Positions 39,385 to 49,205 of a stretch of DNA of 64,000 nt are shown here, in pieces. Each line of letters begins with the position of its first letter. The first letter of the stretch is position 1. The notes below the pieces were generated by a model. It saw only the letters and a list, made by a program, of their open reading frames with translations, was not told the DNA's origin and made no database searches. The stretch is from Chloroflexota bacterium (GTDB lineage: Bacteria; Chloroflexota; UBA11872; VXOZ01): positions 256,001 through 320,000 of the forward strand of contig CAXXVD010000002.1 of assembly GCA_963662335.2 (NCBI GenBank), read 5' to 3'. The position numbers and the translations under genes were made by a program.

Positions 39385-40111
39385 CGTCTCGCTCTCCTAT
39401 CAGGGTTCCCACCGGCTCCCCTTGCAGCAGGCGCTCCAACGCGCCGGCGTGTTCCAGCTTGAAGACCGCAATGGGGAGATTATTCTCCATGCAGAGTGAA
39501 ATCGCGGTGCTATCCATCACCCGCAGGCCCATGTTGAGCGCGTCCAGGTAGGTGAGGTAGTCGAATTTTACGGCGCGCGGATTCTCCACGGGGTCGCTAT
39601 CGTACGCGCCGTCGACCTTGGTGGCCTTGATCAGCACCTCCGCGTTGATCTCCATGGCGCGCAGGGCGCCGGCCGTATCCGTGGTGAAGAAGGGATTGCC
39701 GGTGCCGGCGCTGAACACGACGACCCGGTCGTTCTCCAGATGGTCGATGGCCCGCGCGCGGACGTAGGGTTCGGCGACTTCGCGCATCTCGATTGCCGTC
39801 TGCACGCGGGCGTCCAGGCCTTCCCGCGCCAGGGCGTCCTGCAAGGCCAAGGCGTTGATGACGGTGGCGAGCATCCCCATGTAGTCGGCGGTGGCCCGAT
39901 CCATGCCCTGGTCGGCCGCCAACTCGCCGCGCCAGATGTTGCCGCCGCCGATAACGACCCCAATTTGCGTGCCCAGGCGGCGGGCGGAGGCGACTTGCTT
40001 GGCGATTCTTCCCGCAATCGCCAGATCTATGCCATACTCGCCCTTCCCCTTGCCCATGAGCGCTTCGCCGCCAATCTTGAGCAGCACGCGCCTATAGCGA
40101 AGCTTAGCCAT
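39365..40111 (-). CDS. pyrH: UMP kinase
   Basis: [39 protein letters not shown]. Confidence 0.97.
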   Translation of the reverse strand: MAKLRYRRVLLKIGGEALMGKGKGEYGIDLAIAGRIAKQVASARRLGTQIGVVIGGGNIWRGELAADQGMDRATADYMGMLATVINALALQDALAREGLDARVQTAIEMREVAEPYVRARAIDHLENDRVVVFSAGTGNPFFTTDTAGALRAMEINAEVLIKATKVDGAYDSDPVENPRAVKFDYLTYLDALNMGLRVMDSTAISLCMENNLPIAVFKLEHAGALERLLQGEPVGTLIGERDDAGANS

Positions 40112-40180
40112 GTATCCTCTCTGTCCCGCCGCGCCGGCCGTTGGCGTTGCGCATGAAGAGAACGCGCGTTGTGCCGCGCG

Positions 40181-40687
40181 CTACAGGCCGCGCTCGTAGC
40201 GGCAGAAGCGCCGGATGACGACGTTCTCGCCGGTCTTGACGATGGTCTGCTTGATGAGGTCCGCGACGGTGAGCGACGGGTCGCGCACGAACGGCTGCGC
40301 GAGCAGCACGGTCTCTTCCGCGTTGCCCTCGAAGTCTTCCGGCAGGTCGTCCTCGCTCACGAACTCCGGGCTCATGCCGGCCACGTGCAGCGCGATCTCG
40401 TGCACCAGGTGCTGGAATTCCTCAGTGCGCGCCACGAAGTCGGTCTCGCAGTTCACTTCCACGAGCACGCCGACGCGGCCGTCGCCGTGGATGTACGAGT
40501 GCACCAAGCCCTGGGAGGCCTCCCGGTCGGCGCGCTTTGCGGCTTTTGCCAGGCCCTGCTCGTCCAGCAGTTTCTTTGCCGCCGCGTGGTCGCCGCCGGC
40601 ATCCTCCAAAGCCCGTTTGCAGTCCATGATGCCGGCGCCGGTTTCCTCGCGCAGCGCCTTGATGTCCGCAGTCGTCACAGTTGCCAT
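40181..40687 (-). CDS. tsf: elongation factor Ts (short form)
   Basis: IKALREETGAGIMDCK, EVNCETDFVAR, GENVVIRRF. Confidence 0.96.
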   Translation of the reverse strand: MATVTTADIKALREETGAGIMDCKRALEDAGGDHAAAKKLLDEQGLAKAAKRADREASQGLVHSYIHGDGRVGVLVEVNCETDFVARTEEFQHLVHEIALHVAGMSPEFVSEDDLPEDFEGNAEETVLLAQPFVRDPSLTVADLIKQTIVKTGENVVIRRFCRYERGL

Positions 40688-40945
40688 TGCCTGAAATCAA
40701 TCTCCCTTTGCGCGGCGACGCCGCGCAGCTCGCGACAGCCAGTTTCCTACGTAAACGTCAACTCCATCCTGATGTTTCGCCCTCACCCTAACCCTCTCCC
40801 CCAGGGAGAGTGATTAAACCGACGGATGCGCCCAGCAATCCCCTCAAAAGACTCCCCCTGGGGAGAGGGCCGGGGTGAGGGGGGAAGACCCGCCATGAGA
40901 ACCCTAGGACTTTCAGCCGCCCGCCAGGCGTCAGGGGCAGCGGCC

Positions 40946-41791
40946 CTAGTTCGCTTCCGCGGCAGCGGCTTCTCCCGCGTCTCCATCCGGTTCGGGCGCG
41001 GCCTCCGCGGCCGGAGCGTCCTCCCCGGCCGGTTCGCCCTCCGCGTCCGGATCGGCGGCCACCGCCTCTGCTTCCTGCTCGGCTTCCGCCGCGGATGCTT
41101 TGGCTGCGCGCAGTTCCTGCCCGCTGTGGATGGCGTCCGCTATCAAGCGCGTGATGAGGCGAATCGACTTGATCGCGTCGTCGTTGCCCGGAATCGAGTA
41201 GTCCACCTGGTCGGGATCGCAGTTCGTGTCCAGCAGCGCGATGACGGGAATGCCGAGTTTCTGCGCCTCGGCCACCGCGATGTGTTCGCGCACGGTGTCC
41301 ACCACGTAGAGCGCGGCCGGCAGGCGGTGCATGTCCCGGATGCCGTTGAAGAAGCGTTGCAGTTTCGCCAGGCGGTCCTGCAGGCGGCCGATCTCTTTCT
41401 TGGAGAAACTCTGCCAAGCCTCATTCGCCTGTTCGGCCTCCATCTCCTTCATCTTCGCCAGGCGCTCGCTAATCGTCTGGTAGTTGGTCAGCATGCCGCC
41501 CAGCCAACGCTGGTTGACGAACGGCATCCCAATCCGGCCGGCTTCCCGTTCCACGATATCCTGCGCCTGCTTCTTGGTGCCGACGAAGAGGACTTCGCGG
41601 TTGCGCAGGGCCAGGTCTTGGACGAAGTCGCAGGCTTCCTGCAACCCGCTCGCGCTTTGTTCCAGATCGATGATGTGAATCTTGCTGCGCGCCATGTAGA
41701 TATAGGGCTTCATCTTGGGATTCCACCGGTTGGTGGGATGCCCAAAGTGCACCCCGGCATCGAAAAGATCCTTCAAACTCGCCACGGCCAT
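40946..41791 (-). CDS. rpsB: 30S ribosomal protein S2
   Basis: [41 protein letters not shown]. Confidence 0.97.
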   Translation of the reverse strand: MAVASLKDLFDAGVHFGHPTNRWNPKMKPYIYMARSKIHIIDLEQSASGLQEACDFVQDLALRNREVLFVGTKKQAQDIVEREAGRIGMPFVNQRWLGGMLTNYQTISERLAKMKEMEAEQANEAWQSFSKKEIGRLQDRLAKLQRFFNGIRDMHRLPAALYVVDTVREHIAVAEAQKLGIPVIALLDTNCDPDQVDYSIPGNDDAIKSIRLITRLIADAIHSGQELRAAKASAAEAEQEAEAVAADPDAEGEPAGEDAPAAEAAPEPDGDAGEAAAAEAN

Positions 41792-42037
41792 ACGTTCGCG
41801 ACCCCTTCCGCACTCCTACGCTTACGCGCGCTTCGGCTTGCTGCTACGCTAATTCTATTTCTGCCGCCGCGCGCACGTTCGCGCGCGCCGGTGCAATGCC
41901 TATCCAAACTAGTATACCCCTATCGCGGCGCGGGCGGCAATGCGCCCCAGCAGCAGCGGCGCTCACGTCCCCTCTACCAACGCCGGGCTCGGCCCTCTTA
42001 TCCCCTCTCCCCGCGGGAGAGGGTTAGGGTGAGGGCC

Positions 42038-42231
42038 CAATGTTGTCGCATTAACGTAGCGCGGGGGCTTGTCCCCCGCCGGTGTGCTAGGCACAGAGAG
42101 CGATCACCCAGAGGCTCTTTCCGGTAGACAACGCCAGAATCTTGACCCTACCATGGCGCAGGTTGCAAACCTGCGCTACCAGGAAATCAGGCACGGTGTA
42201 GTTCCTCACTGTTTCCAATGCGGTCGCATTG
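42038..42231 (+). mobile_element. REP-carrying MITE, copy 3
   Basis: TIRs CAATGTTGTCGCATTAA / CCAATGCGGTCGCATTG; flanks GGGTGAGGGCC / GAGTGAGGGCT; sits at the end of a GGGAGAGGGTTAGGGTGAGGG repeat. Confidence 0.72.
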
Positions 42232-42253
42232 GAGTGAGGGCTTTTTCTGCACG

Positions 42254-43474
42254 CTAGCTCCCAGGCGCCAGCCATTCCGCCGCCATGTCCGCCACCGCCG
42301 CGCCGATGCTCAGCGAGGCCGTCGCCGCCGGCGAGGGCGCGTTCAGCACGTGGATGATGCGCGGTTCCCGCACGATGTGGAAGTCCTCGATCAACTTCCC
42401 CTGCCGGTCGAGGGCCTGCGCCCGCACGCCGGCCCCGGCGCGCACGAGATCCTGGCTTCTCACGTCCGGCACGAGTTTCTGCAACTCCCGCACCATGGCT
42501 GGCTTGTGCAGCGAGCGGTACATTTCGCCAATTCCCGTGCGCCAGTAGCGCGCCGCCATGCGCCAGAAACCCGCGTAGCCCAGAATGTCCAGCGTGTCGC
42601 CGAGGCTCACGTCGCGCCAGCGGTAGCCTTGGCGCTTGAAGGCGAACACGGCGTTCGGCCCCACCTCAATCGCGCCGTCGATGCGCCGCGTAAAGTGCAC
42701 GCCCAGAAAAGGAAAGGCCGGATTGGCGACGGGATAGATCATGTTGCGCACCAGGTAGCGCTTCTCCGGCACGAGTGCGGAATATTCGCCGCGAAAAGGC
42801 GCGATCTTCATCTGCGGTGTGTGGCCGGCGGACATGCTCACCCGGTCCGCGAACAGGCCGCCGCAGGTGATGACATGCCTGCTCCGCACGTCCCCCTGCG
42901 CGGTTTCCAGCCGCAGCCCGTTCGGTTCCGCCGCGATGCCTAGCACTTCCGCGCCGGTGCGCACCTGGCCGCCGGTTTTTTCAAATAGCTCACGGTACTT
43001 TTGCGCCACCAGGCTATAGTTGACGATGCCGGCGCTGGGCACGTGGAGCGCGCGGACACCGGTGGCATGGGGTTCCAGTTCCCGCAACTCTTCCGGCCCG
43101 ATCAGGCGCGCGCCCGGCACGCCGTTGGCCGCGCCCCGCCGCGCCAGTTCTTCCAACGCGGGAATTTGCCCGGCCTCAGTAGCCACGATCACCTTGCCGC
43201 AGCGGTCATACGGAATGCCGTGCTCCGCGCAGAAGGCCACCATACGCTCCGACCCCGCCACCGCCATGCGCGCCCGCAGCGAGCCGGGCCGGTAGTAGAT
43301 GCCGGAGTGGATGACGCCGCTGTTGTGGCCGGTCTGGTGTTGGGCGACGCCGGCCTCTTTCTCCAAGATGGCGATGCCCGCGCCGCGATGCCGCTGAGCC
43401 AGGGTAAGCGCCGTGGCAAGACCGACGATGCCGCCGCCTACGATCGCGATGTCAAGGGGGGAGTCTCCGCTCAT
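42254..43474 (-). CDS. lhgO: L-2-hydroxyglutarate oxidase family
   Basis: GGGIVG, HQTGHNSGVIHSGIYY.PGSL, PFRGEY, YPV..P.FPFLGVH, NAPSPAAT. Confidence 0.9.
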   Translation of the reverse strand: MSGDSPLDIAIVGGGIVGLATALTLAQRHRGAGIAILEKEAGVAQHQTGHNSGVIHSGIYYRPGSLRARMAVAGSERMVAFCAEHGIPYDRCGKVIVATEAGQIPALEELARRGAANGVPGARLIGPEELRELEPHATGVRALHVPSAGIVNYSLVAQKYRELFEKTGGQVRTGAEVLGIAAEPNGLRLETAQGDVRSRHVITCGGLFADRVSMSAGHTPQMKIAPFRGEYSALVPEKRYLVRNMIYPVANPAFPFLGVHFTRRIDGAIEVGPNAVFAFKRQGYRWRDVSLGDTLDILGYAGFWRMAARYWRTGIGEMYRSLHKPAMVRELQKLVPDVRSQDLVRAGAGVRAQALDRQGKLIEDFHIVREPRIIHVLNAPSPAATASLSIGAAVADMAAEWLAPGS

Positions 43475-43518
43475 GCCTCTGCCGGGTGTTCTGCTGGCGC
43501 CGCTGCCCTGCAGCCGCA

Positions 43519-44547
43519 TTAGATTATACTGCGCCGAGTCGGCAGGGTGTCGTCAAACGGCACGGGCAGCGTGTGGCCTTTGCGCGCCGCTTCGCGGGCG
43601 ATGAGCACCGCGCGGGTCGAGTCAAGCGCATCCTGCGCCGTTGCCACGATAGGGGTTTGCCCCCGGATACGGCGCACCAGGTCTTGGCCGCTTGAATCCG
43701 GACGGTTGCGACCGAACTGCACGTGCACGCGGGGCGAGTCGTGCCGCCAGTAGAGCAGGTCGCTGAAGTGCAGGCTGCGCACCTCGGCCGCGCCTTCCGT
43801 GCCCGTCAGGAAGAAGCGGCAGTCCCAGGGCGTGTTGCGGGGCGTGAGCCAGTCGGCCTCGATGGCGGCGATGATGCCGGAGTCCAGCGCAAACATGGCG
43901 TGGGCCACGTCGTTGAAGCCGGGATACTCGTGCCAGCGGCGCTGCATGTGGTGGGCGGTGACCGACTGCACGTTGGCCCCGGAATACCAGCGCGCCAGGT
44001 CGATGTCGTGGATCATGAGATCGACGATGGGGCCGCCCTCTTTGCTCTCTTCCAACATCCAGGGCTCGCGCTCGGCCAGGGCGAACTCGTGGGGCCGCGT
44101 GGCGACGCAGCCGGCAATCTCGCCGAGGAATCCGGAATCCACTAACTCCTTGAGGCGCGCGAACGGCGGGCCGAAGCGCTCGGTGACCATCATCTGCAAC
44201 TCTGCATTGCTGGCTTGAAGGGCTTGTTCGACCCGCGCCAGGTCCGCCAGTTCGATGACCATGGGTTTGTCCACCAGCACGTGGACGTTGCGCCGCAGGC
44301 ACGCCAAGATGGCCGCCGCCTTTTCGTGGTGGGCGTTGCAGATGGTGGCGAGGTCGGGCCGCAGCGCGTCCAGCATTTCGTCATGGCCGGCGTAGAGCGG
44401 CACATCGTATTGTTGGGCAACCTCCTGGCGGCGTTCGGGGTCGCTCTCGGCAATGCCGACGAGTTCGGTGTCACCGGCGGCGAGAATCTCCTGAATCGCT
44501 CCCGGGCCGTGAATGTGGATGCCGATGGCGGCAAAGCGTAGTGGCAT
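43519..44547 (-). CDS. Gfo/Idh/MocA family oxidoreductase
   Basis: HVLVDKP, GGPIVDLMIHDID. Confidence 0.85.
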   Translation of the reverse strand: MPLRFAAIGIHIHGPGAIQEILAAGDTELVGIAESDPERRQEVAQQYDVPLYAGHDEMLDALRPDLATICNAHHEKAAAILACLRRNVHVLVDKPMVIELADLARVEQALQASNAELQMMVTERFGPPFARLKELVDSGFLGEIAGCVATRPHEFALAEREPWMLEESKEGGPIVDLMIHDIDLARWYSGANVQSVTAHHMQRRWHEYPGFNDVAHAMFALDSGIIAAIEADWLTPRNTPWDCRFFLTGTEGAAEVRSLHFSDLLYWRHDSPRVHVQFGRNRPDSSGQDLVRRIRGQTPIVATAQDALDSTRAVLIAREAARKGHTLPVPFDDTLPTRRSII

Positions 44548-44609
44548 GGTTTGTCTCCATAATGTTATGCGTGAGGCGGTCAAAGCGCCCAAGAGCAGGG
44601 GACAAGCCC

Positions 44610-44804
44610 CAATGTTGTCGCATTAATGTAGCGCGGGGGCTTGTCCCCCGCCGGTGTGTACGGTACGGAGGGCGATTGCCGAAAGTTTCCCTCCAGCAGA
44701 CGACGCCAACCTCTTGACCGTAGCTTGACGCAGGTTCCAAACCTGCGCTACCGGAGAATTCGCACGCGAGTCTTGCCGTCGTTCTGTCTAATGCGACAGC
44801 ATTG
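44610..44804 (+). mobile_element. REP-carrying MITE, copy 4 (perfect 11-bp TSD)
   Basis: TIRs CAATGTTGTCGCATTA / TAATGCGACAGCATTG; GGGACAAGCCC on both sides (44599-44609, 44805-44815). Confidence 0.82.
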
Positions 44805-44882
44805 GGGACAAGCCCCCGCGCTACGTGTGGAAGCATTTCTCCGTTCGCGCTGAGCCTGTCGAAGCGCCAGCGGCCAGGCCTT

Positions 44883-45965
44883 CTACGGCTCAGGCGGCGT
44901 GCGCGGGCGCACCGCGCGTCTCTCCGCAATCGATTCATAGGCCGCTTCCACCAGGTAGAGCGTGCGCAGGTTGTCGGCGCCGCTGTTCATTGGCTCACGG
45001 TCTTCCTGGATGGCGGCGAAGAGTTCCGCCATCGGCCCCACCAGCGCGTCCGGTATCCACTTGCCGCGCAGTTCCGGCGTGATCCACTCTGCGCCGTAGC
45101 GTTCACTGCGGTAGGAGAGCGTGTCCGCGCGGCCGTAGGGAAAATTATAGAAGACGCCCAGTTCGCCTTTCGCCACGCCATCGGTACCCTCGAAGCGGTA
45201 CGTGGCGTGGGTATCGTCGTCCCAGACGCCGGCGTGATTGAGCAGCAGGCCGCGGGCGCCGCCGGGCCAGGCCAGCGTGATGATGGCCGAGGTTTCCCCT
45301 TTGATGCGCGCGTCGCCGGCGTGAAAGCCGTCGGCAAAGAGCCATGCCGGTTCGCCCAGGATGAAGCGCGCGACGTCGAGGAAGTGGATGGCGTCCTCGA
45401 CGATGAGCACGCGGGGGCGTTCCCAGAGCCACGGCCACAATTCCCAGCGCAGCGGGCCGACGCGATCGATTTGCACGTAGGTCAGGTCGCCCAGGTCGCC
45501 GCGTTCCTTGAGGGCATAGACGGAACGAAACGCCTGGTCCCAGCGGCCGTTCTGGTTCACGGCCAGCCGCACGCCGGCAGTGGCGGCGTCCCGCACCATG
45601 GCTTCCGCTTTGGCGATGTCGTACGTGAGCGGTTTCTGGCAGAGCACGTGCTTGCCGGCAGCAATGGCCGCGTCCACGAGGAGCGGATGGGTGAGCGTGG
45701 GCGTGGCAATATCCACCACGTCCACTTGCGGCGCATCCAGCAGCGCTTCCAACGCAGAAAAAGCCGCCGTGCCAAAATCCGCCGCCAGCGCCTCCGCTTT
45801 GGCCGCATCCTCATCATAGATGCCCGCCACGTTGAACCCCGCGCCGCGATACGCCGGCAGGTGGCCGGCGCGCGCGATGCTGCCGGCCCCGATGACGCCG
45901 ATGCCGTAGTCGCGCTTGGGCGGCAGATGGGGCCGGTAGTCGAGCGGTTTGGGTACAAGGGTCAT
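44883..45965 (-). CDS. Gfo/Idh/MocA family oxidoreductase
   Basis: GVIGAGSIA, GKHVLCQKP, AVNQNGRW, IHFLD. Confidence 0.88.
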   Translation of the reverse strand: MTLVPKPLDYRPHLPPKRDYGIGVIGAGSIARAGHLPAYRGAGFNVAGIYDEDAAKAEALAADFGTAAFSALEALLDAPQVDVVDIATPTLTHPLLVDAAIAAGKHVLCQKPLTYDIAKAEAMVRDAATAGVRLAVNQNGRWDQAFRSVYALKERGDLGDLTYVQIDRVGPLRWELWPWLWERPRVLIVEDAIHFLDVARFILGEPAWLFADGFHAGDARIKGETSAIITLAWPGGARGLLLNHAGVWDDDTHATYRFEGTDGVAKGELGVFYNFPYGRADTLSYRSERYGAEWITPELRGKWIPDALVGPMAELFAAIQEDREPMNSGADNLRTLYLVEAAYESIAERRAVRPRTPPEP

Positions 45966-45986
45966 GGCGCTATCCTTTGGGACGCT

Positions 45987-46754
45987 TCACGGCAGGGGCG
46001 TCACACTGTGCACGTAGCCGCCGTCCACGCAGAGAATCTGTCCAGTGATGTAGTCCGCTTGCGGCGAGGCGAGAAAGACGACGGCAGCGGCAATGTCCTG
46101 CGCCCGGCCCATGCGGGCGCGGGGCGCGCGGCGTATCCAGGCGTCCCGGCCTTGGCGAGAGGCCGGCCACCCTGGGGTTGAGACCGCGCCGGCGGCGATA
46201 CAGTTGACCGAAATCCCCTGCGGGCCGAACTCCACGGCCAGGGCTTGCGTCAGCGTGTTGAGCGCGCCTTTCGCCACGGTATAGGCGCTGGCGCGGCGCT
46301 GGAAGACGAGGCTGTGCGAGGAGCTAATGTTGACGATGCGGCCTCCCGCCGGTTGCGCGAGCATGATTTTGATGGCTGCCTGCGTGCAGTGTACGACGCC
46401 GTCCAGGTTTACCGCAAAGACGCGATGCCAGTCGTCAAGGGGATAGTCGGCAAACGACCCCCGGTGTGTGCCGCCAATGGCGGCGTTGTTGACCAGGACG
46501 TCCAGTCTGCCGAACTGCGCCTGCGCCTCACGGAACATCCGCGCCACGGCCGCCGGGTCGCTAACGTCGGCTTGAAGCGGCAGAGCGTTGCGTCCGGTGG
46601 CGGTGACGGCCGCTCTCGTAGCCTCGGCGCCCTCGCGGTCGGTGTTGTAGTTGATGCCCACGTCCGCGCCGGCAGCCGCAAGCGCTACGGCGATCGCTTG
46701 ACCGATTCCCTTGGATGCGCCGGTTACCAGGGCAGCGGCTCCGTCCAACGCCAT
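45987..46754 (-). CDS. SDR family oxidoreductase
   Basis: TGASKGIG, NNA, YTVAK, VDGG. Confidence 0.9.
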   Translation of the reverse strand: MALDGAAALVTGASKGIGQAIAVALAAAGADVGINYNTDREGAEATRAAVTATGRNALPLQADVSDPAAVARMFREAQAQFGRLDVLVNNAAIGGTHRGSFADYPLDDWHRVFAVNLDGVVHCTQAAIKIMLAQPAGGRIVNISSSHSLVFQRRASAYTVAKGALNTLTQALAVEFGPQGISVNCIAAGAVSTPGWPASRQGRDAWIRRAPRARMGRAQDIAAAVVFLASPQADYITGQILCVDGGYVHSVTPLP

Positions 46755-46859
46755 GATGCTTCCGCTTGCGCTCCACTCGTTGCTACGACCGTTTAGCCTC
46801 TGCCGCAGCCGGGCGCAGGTTGCAGACCGGCGCTACCCGCTGACGTTCCCATGCGCTCC

Positions 46860-48080
46860 TCATAGCCAGTGGGCTACCGGCCAGAGGGTAGCCGACCGGG
46901 TGAACGGCGCGTCGAGCAGGGCGTCGGTCTCTTCGATTGGATCGTGGCCGTAGCGGCGCAGGAACTCCGCCTCGATTTGCTGCTCCAGCGCCGTCGGCTC
47001 CGCCAGGGGCAAATCAACCCACGTGTTGCCCCGGTCCGCGCTCTCGCGCACCGCCAGGCAGAGTTCATAGTCCCGCAGGCCGTTTGCGACGCCGTACTGA
47101 GGCTGCCCGCCTGCCGTGATTGCCCGGTGGAAGCCGGTGAGGATGTCTGCCTTCGAAGCGTCATCTTGCGTGCTAATGCCGTACTGGGCGTAGGGATTGT
47201 GCCAGACAACTGGCGGGTCGGTGGCAACGGAGAGAGATGCGAGCACCTTTTCACCTGTTTGTTCTAAGTAGTGCTCCTGAATTGGAAAAGATAAGGACTC
47301 ACCCGCCGTGTATTGCACGAACACGTCGCGGTTGAAGTAGCCTTTCGTGCCTTCGATCTCCCAGCCGATTGGAAACGTAATGTGGCTCGACGGAAAGACG
47401 CGCGGCGGCTTCTCGAATAAACACGCCACGCCGTTGGCGAACTCTATTACCCCCGAATCCCACTTCAGCGTGTTTTCCGGTTCGCCGCCGTAGGCCGTGT
47501 AGGGCGCAGTCGGAACCTCGCCGCAGTAGCCGAGCACGCGCTTGGCAGGGGCGTCGATCAGGGCGCGAATGCCGCTGAAGCCGTGGTACTGTCCGGTCTG
47601 GTACCAGAGCCGGGCGTGCGTGACCTGGCCGAGCAGGCCGGCGTCGATGAGCTGCCGCTTCAGCCGCTCTCTGGGCCAGAGCCACACCTGCTCCGCCACC
47701 TCCCAGAGCACGCCGTGCTGCCGGCAGGTTGCGGCGATGGCGTGGGCGTGGCGGCGCGTGAGCGCGACCGGAATCTCGGTGATGATGTGGCAGCCGCGGC
47801 GGGCGGCGGTGAGCGCCATAACGATATGGGAATCTTTCGGCGTCAGGCTGAGCACCACGTCCGGCTGCTCGTGCGCAAAGAGCGCGCGCACGCCGGTGTA
47901 TTGTCCCGGCACGCCGTAGCGGGCGCCCACCTGCGCCAGCGCGTCGGGACTGCGGTCGCAGACGGCGGCCAGTTCGTAGTGATCGGTCAGGCGCGCGATC
48001 GTCGCCAGGAAATGCCGCGCCCGCGAGCCGGGGTCCGCGCCGACGCCCAAGACGGCAATGCGGAGTTTGCGCCCAATCAT
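46860..48080 (-). CDS. Gfo/Idh/MocA-like oxidoreductase (divergent)
   Basis: LRIAVLGVG N-terminal Rossmann fold; HIITEIP in place of EKP. Confidence 0.75.
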   Translation of the reverse strand: MIGRKLRIAVLGVGADPGSRARHFLATIARLTDHYELAAVCDRSPDALAQVGARYGVPGQYTGVRALFAHEQPDVVLSLTPKDSHIVMALTAARRGCHIITEIPVALTRRHAHAIAATCRQHGVLWEVAEQVWLWPRERLKRQLIDAGLLGQVTHARLWYQTGQYHGFSGIRALIDAPAKRVLGYCGEVPTAPYTAYGGEPENTLKWDSGVIEFANGVACLFEKPPRVFPSSHITFPIGWEIEGTKGYFNRDVFVQYTAGESLSFPIQEHYLEQTGEKVLASLSVATDPPVVWHNPYAQYGISTQDDASKADILTGFHRAITAGGQPQYGVANGLRDYELCLAVRESADRGNTWVDLPLAEPTALEQQIEAEFLRRYGHDPIEETDALLDAPFTRSATLWPVAHWL

Positions 48081-49003
48081 GCGTTGCCTGTCTCTTCCAG
48101 AAAGTCCGCGTAGCGCTGGAGCGGTTGCGCGCAGTCGTCGTCGAGCGCGGTCACGACCAGCCGCGCCCGCGCGGTGCGCGCCACGCCCGGCTCCAGACTG
48201 CCCCCAAAGAGTGACAAATAAAGCGGATTGTGCTTGTGGAAGCGGTCACGGGCATCCGGGCTGTCGTAGCCGCTGGAAACCGCGAAGCAATCTTCCGGCC
48301 GGGACATGAGCACGGCGGCCACGCGCCGCTGCCGGTCGGCCTGGAAGCACACGGGCAGCTTGTAGCGGCGCACCGGCGCGAAGCGGGCGATGTCCCGCCA
48401 GCGGCCGTCCACGCTGACGCCCACGGCGTCTTCATCGCGGGGATAGACGAGCACGCCGCCGCGAAAGACCGGGTTGACGTTGACGGGCGCGAGTTCCGGC
48501 TCGTCGCCGAAACGGCCCGGCTCGTCCTCTAATTCAAATCTGTCGCGCGCCAGGTAGACGTGGGGCACGTGGGCCGGATCGAAGTAGCACGCCAGCAGGG
48601 CCTCGAAATCGCGCGCCGCCGCGTTTGGCATAACGGTGACGGTCATGTCAATCGTTGCCGGTTCTTGGATTTCGTAGCGGATGGCCATTACCGGATGCGC
48701 AGGGTCTTGCAGCGCCCAGCGCAGGGTCACGCTATTCGCGTCCGCCTCGATTTCGCGCTCGCCCTGGCGGGGATTGCCCAGGTCGCTGTCCATGCCGGTT
48801 GTCCCCGCCGGATCGCAATGCATGAAGCGGTAGAGATTCAGGATGGCGTAGAGCGGATGCACGAACTCCACGCCGGTGGCTTTGTGCACCAAACTCGTCA
48901 GGCCGTGATGCGGGAACTCGTTGCCGGGACGCAGCACGCCCTGTATCTCAGCCGTCTCGAAGGCGTAGACCTTCTCATCAGGTCGGTAGTCCAGCATAGC
49001 CAT
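48077..49003 (-). CDS. hypothetical protein (beta-rich, possibly galactose-mutarotase-like fold)
   Basis: long ORF with typical codon bias, stop overlaps the next start; AAGGAG upstream of ATG 49003; fold is a guess. Confidence 0.6.
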   Translation of the reverse strand: MAMLDYRPDEKVYAFETAEIQGVLRPGNEFPHHGLTSLVHKATGVEFVHPLYAILNLYRFMHCDPAGTTGMDSDLGNPRQGEREIEADANSVTLRWALQDPAHPVMAIRYEIQEPATIDMTVTVMPNAAARDFEALLACYFDPAHVPHVYLARDRFELEDEPGRFGDEPELAPVNVNPVFRGGVLVYPRDEDAVGVSVDGRWRDIARFAPVRRYKLPVCFQADRQRRVAAVLMSRPEDCFAVSSGYDSPDARDRFHKHNPLYLSLFGGSLEPGVARTARARLVVTALDDDCAQPLQRYADFLEETGNA

Positions 49004-49131
49004 CGTGCCTGCCGCTCCTTTCGTAGACAATGATGCTGAAGCAGGCGGCCTCTTCAAGGCGCAAAATGCCTGATAACGCAAGCCCACACGAGCGCTGCCC
49101 CACCGGCGTGCAGCGTACCGATTTTGGCTCT

Positions 49132-49160
49132 GAGGCTACGGGATTTTGTCCCGTAGCCTC
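49132..49160 (-). terminator. hairpin/terminator after SBP gene
   Basis: GAGGCTACGGGA-TTTTG-TCCCGTAGCCTC stem just past the stop at 49206. Confidence 0.6.
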
Positions 49161-49205
49161 GGAACTCTATCGAGATTGCGAGCGTGGCGGAACCGCAGCC
49201 GCGAC

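Noticed and set aside
40181-40687. EF-Ts only 168 aa, possible pseudogene
   Set aside because: Short EF-Ts forms are known in several phyla; N- and C-terminal motifs are intact
41792-41900. rpsB leader regulatory RNA
   Set aside because: Plausible by position, but I could not identify a supporting conserved structure from sequence alone
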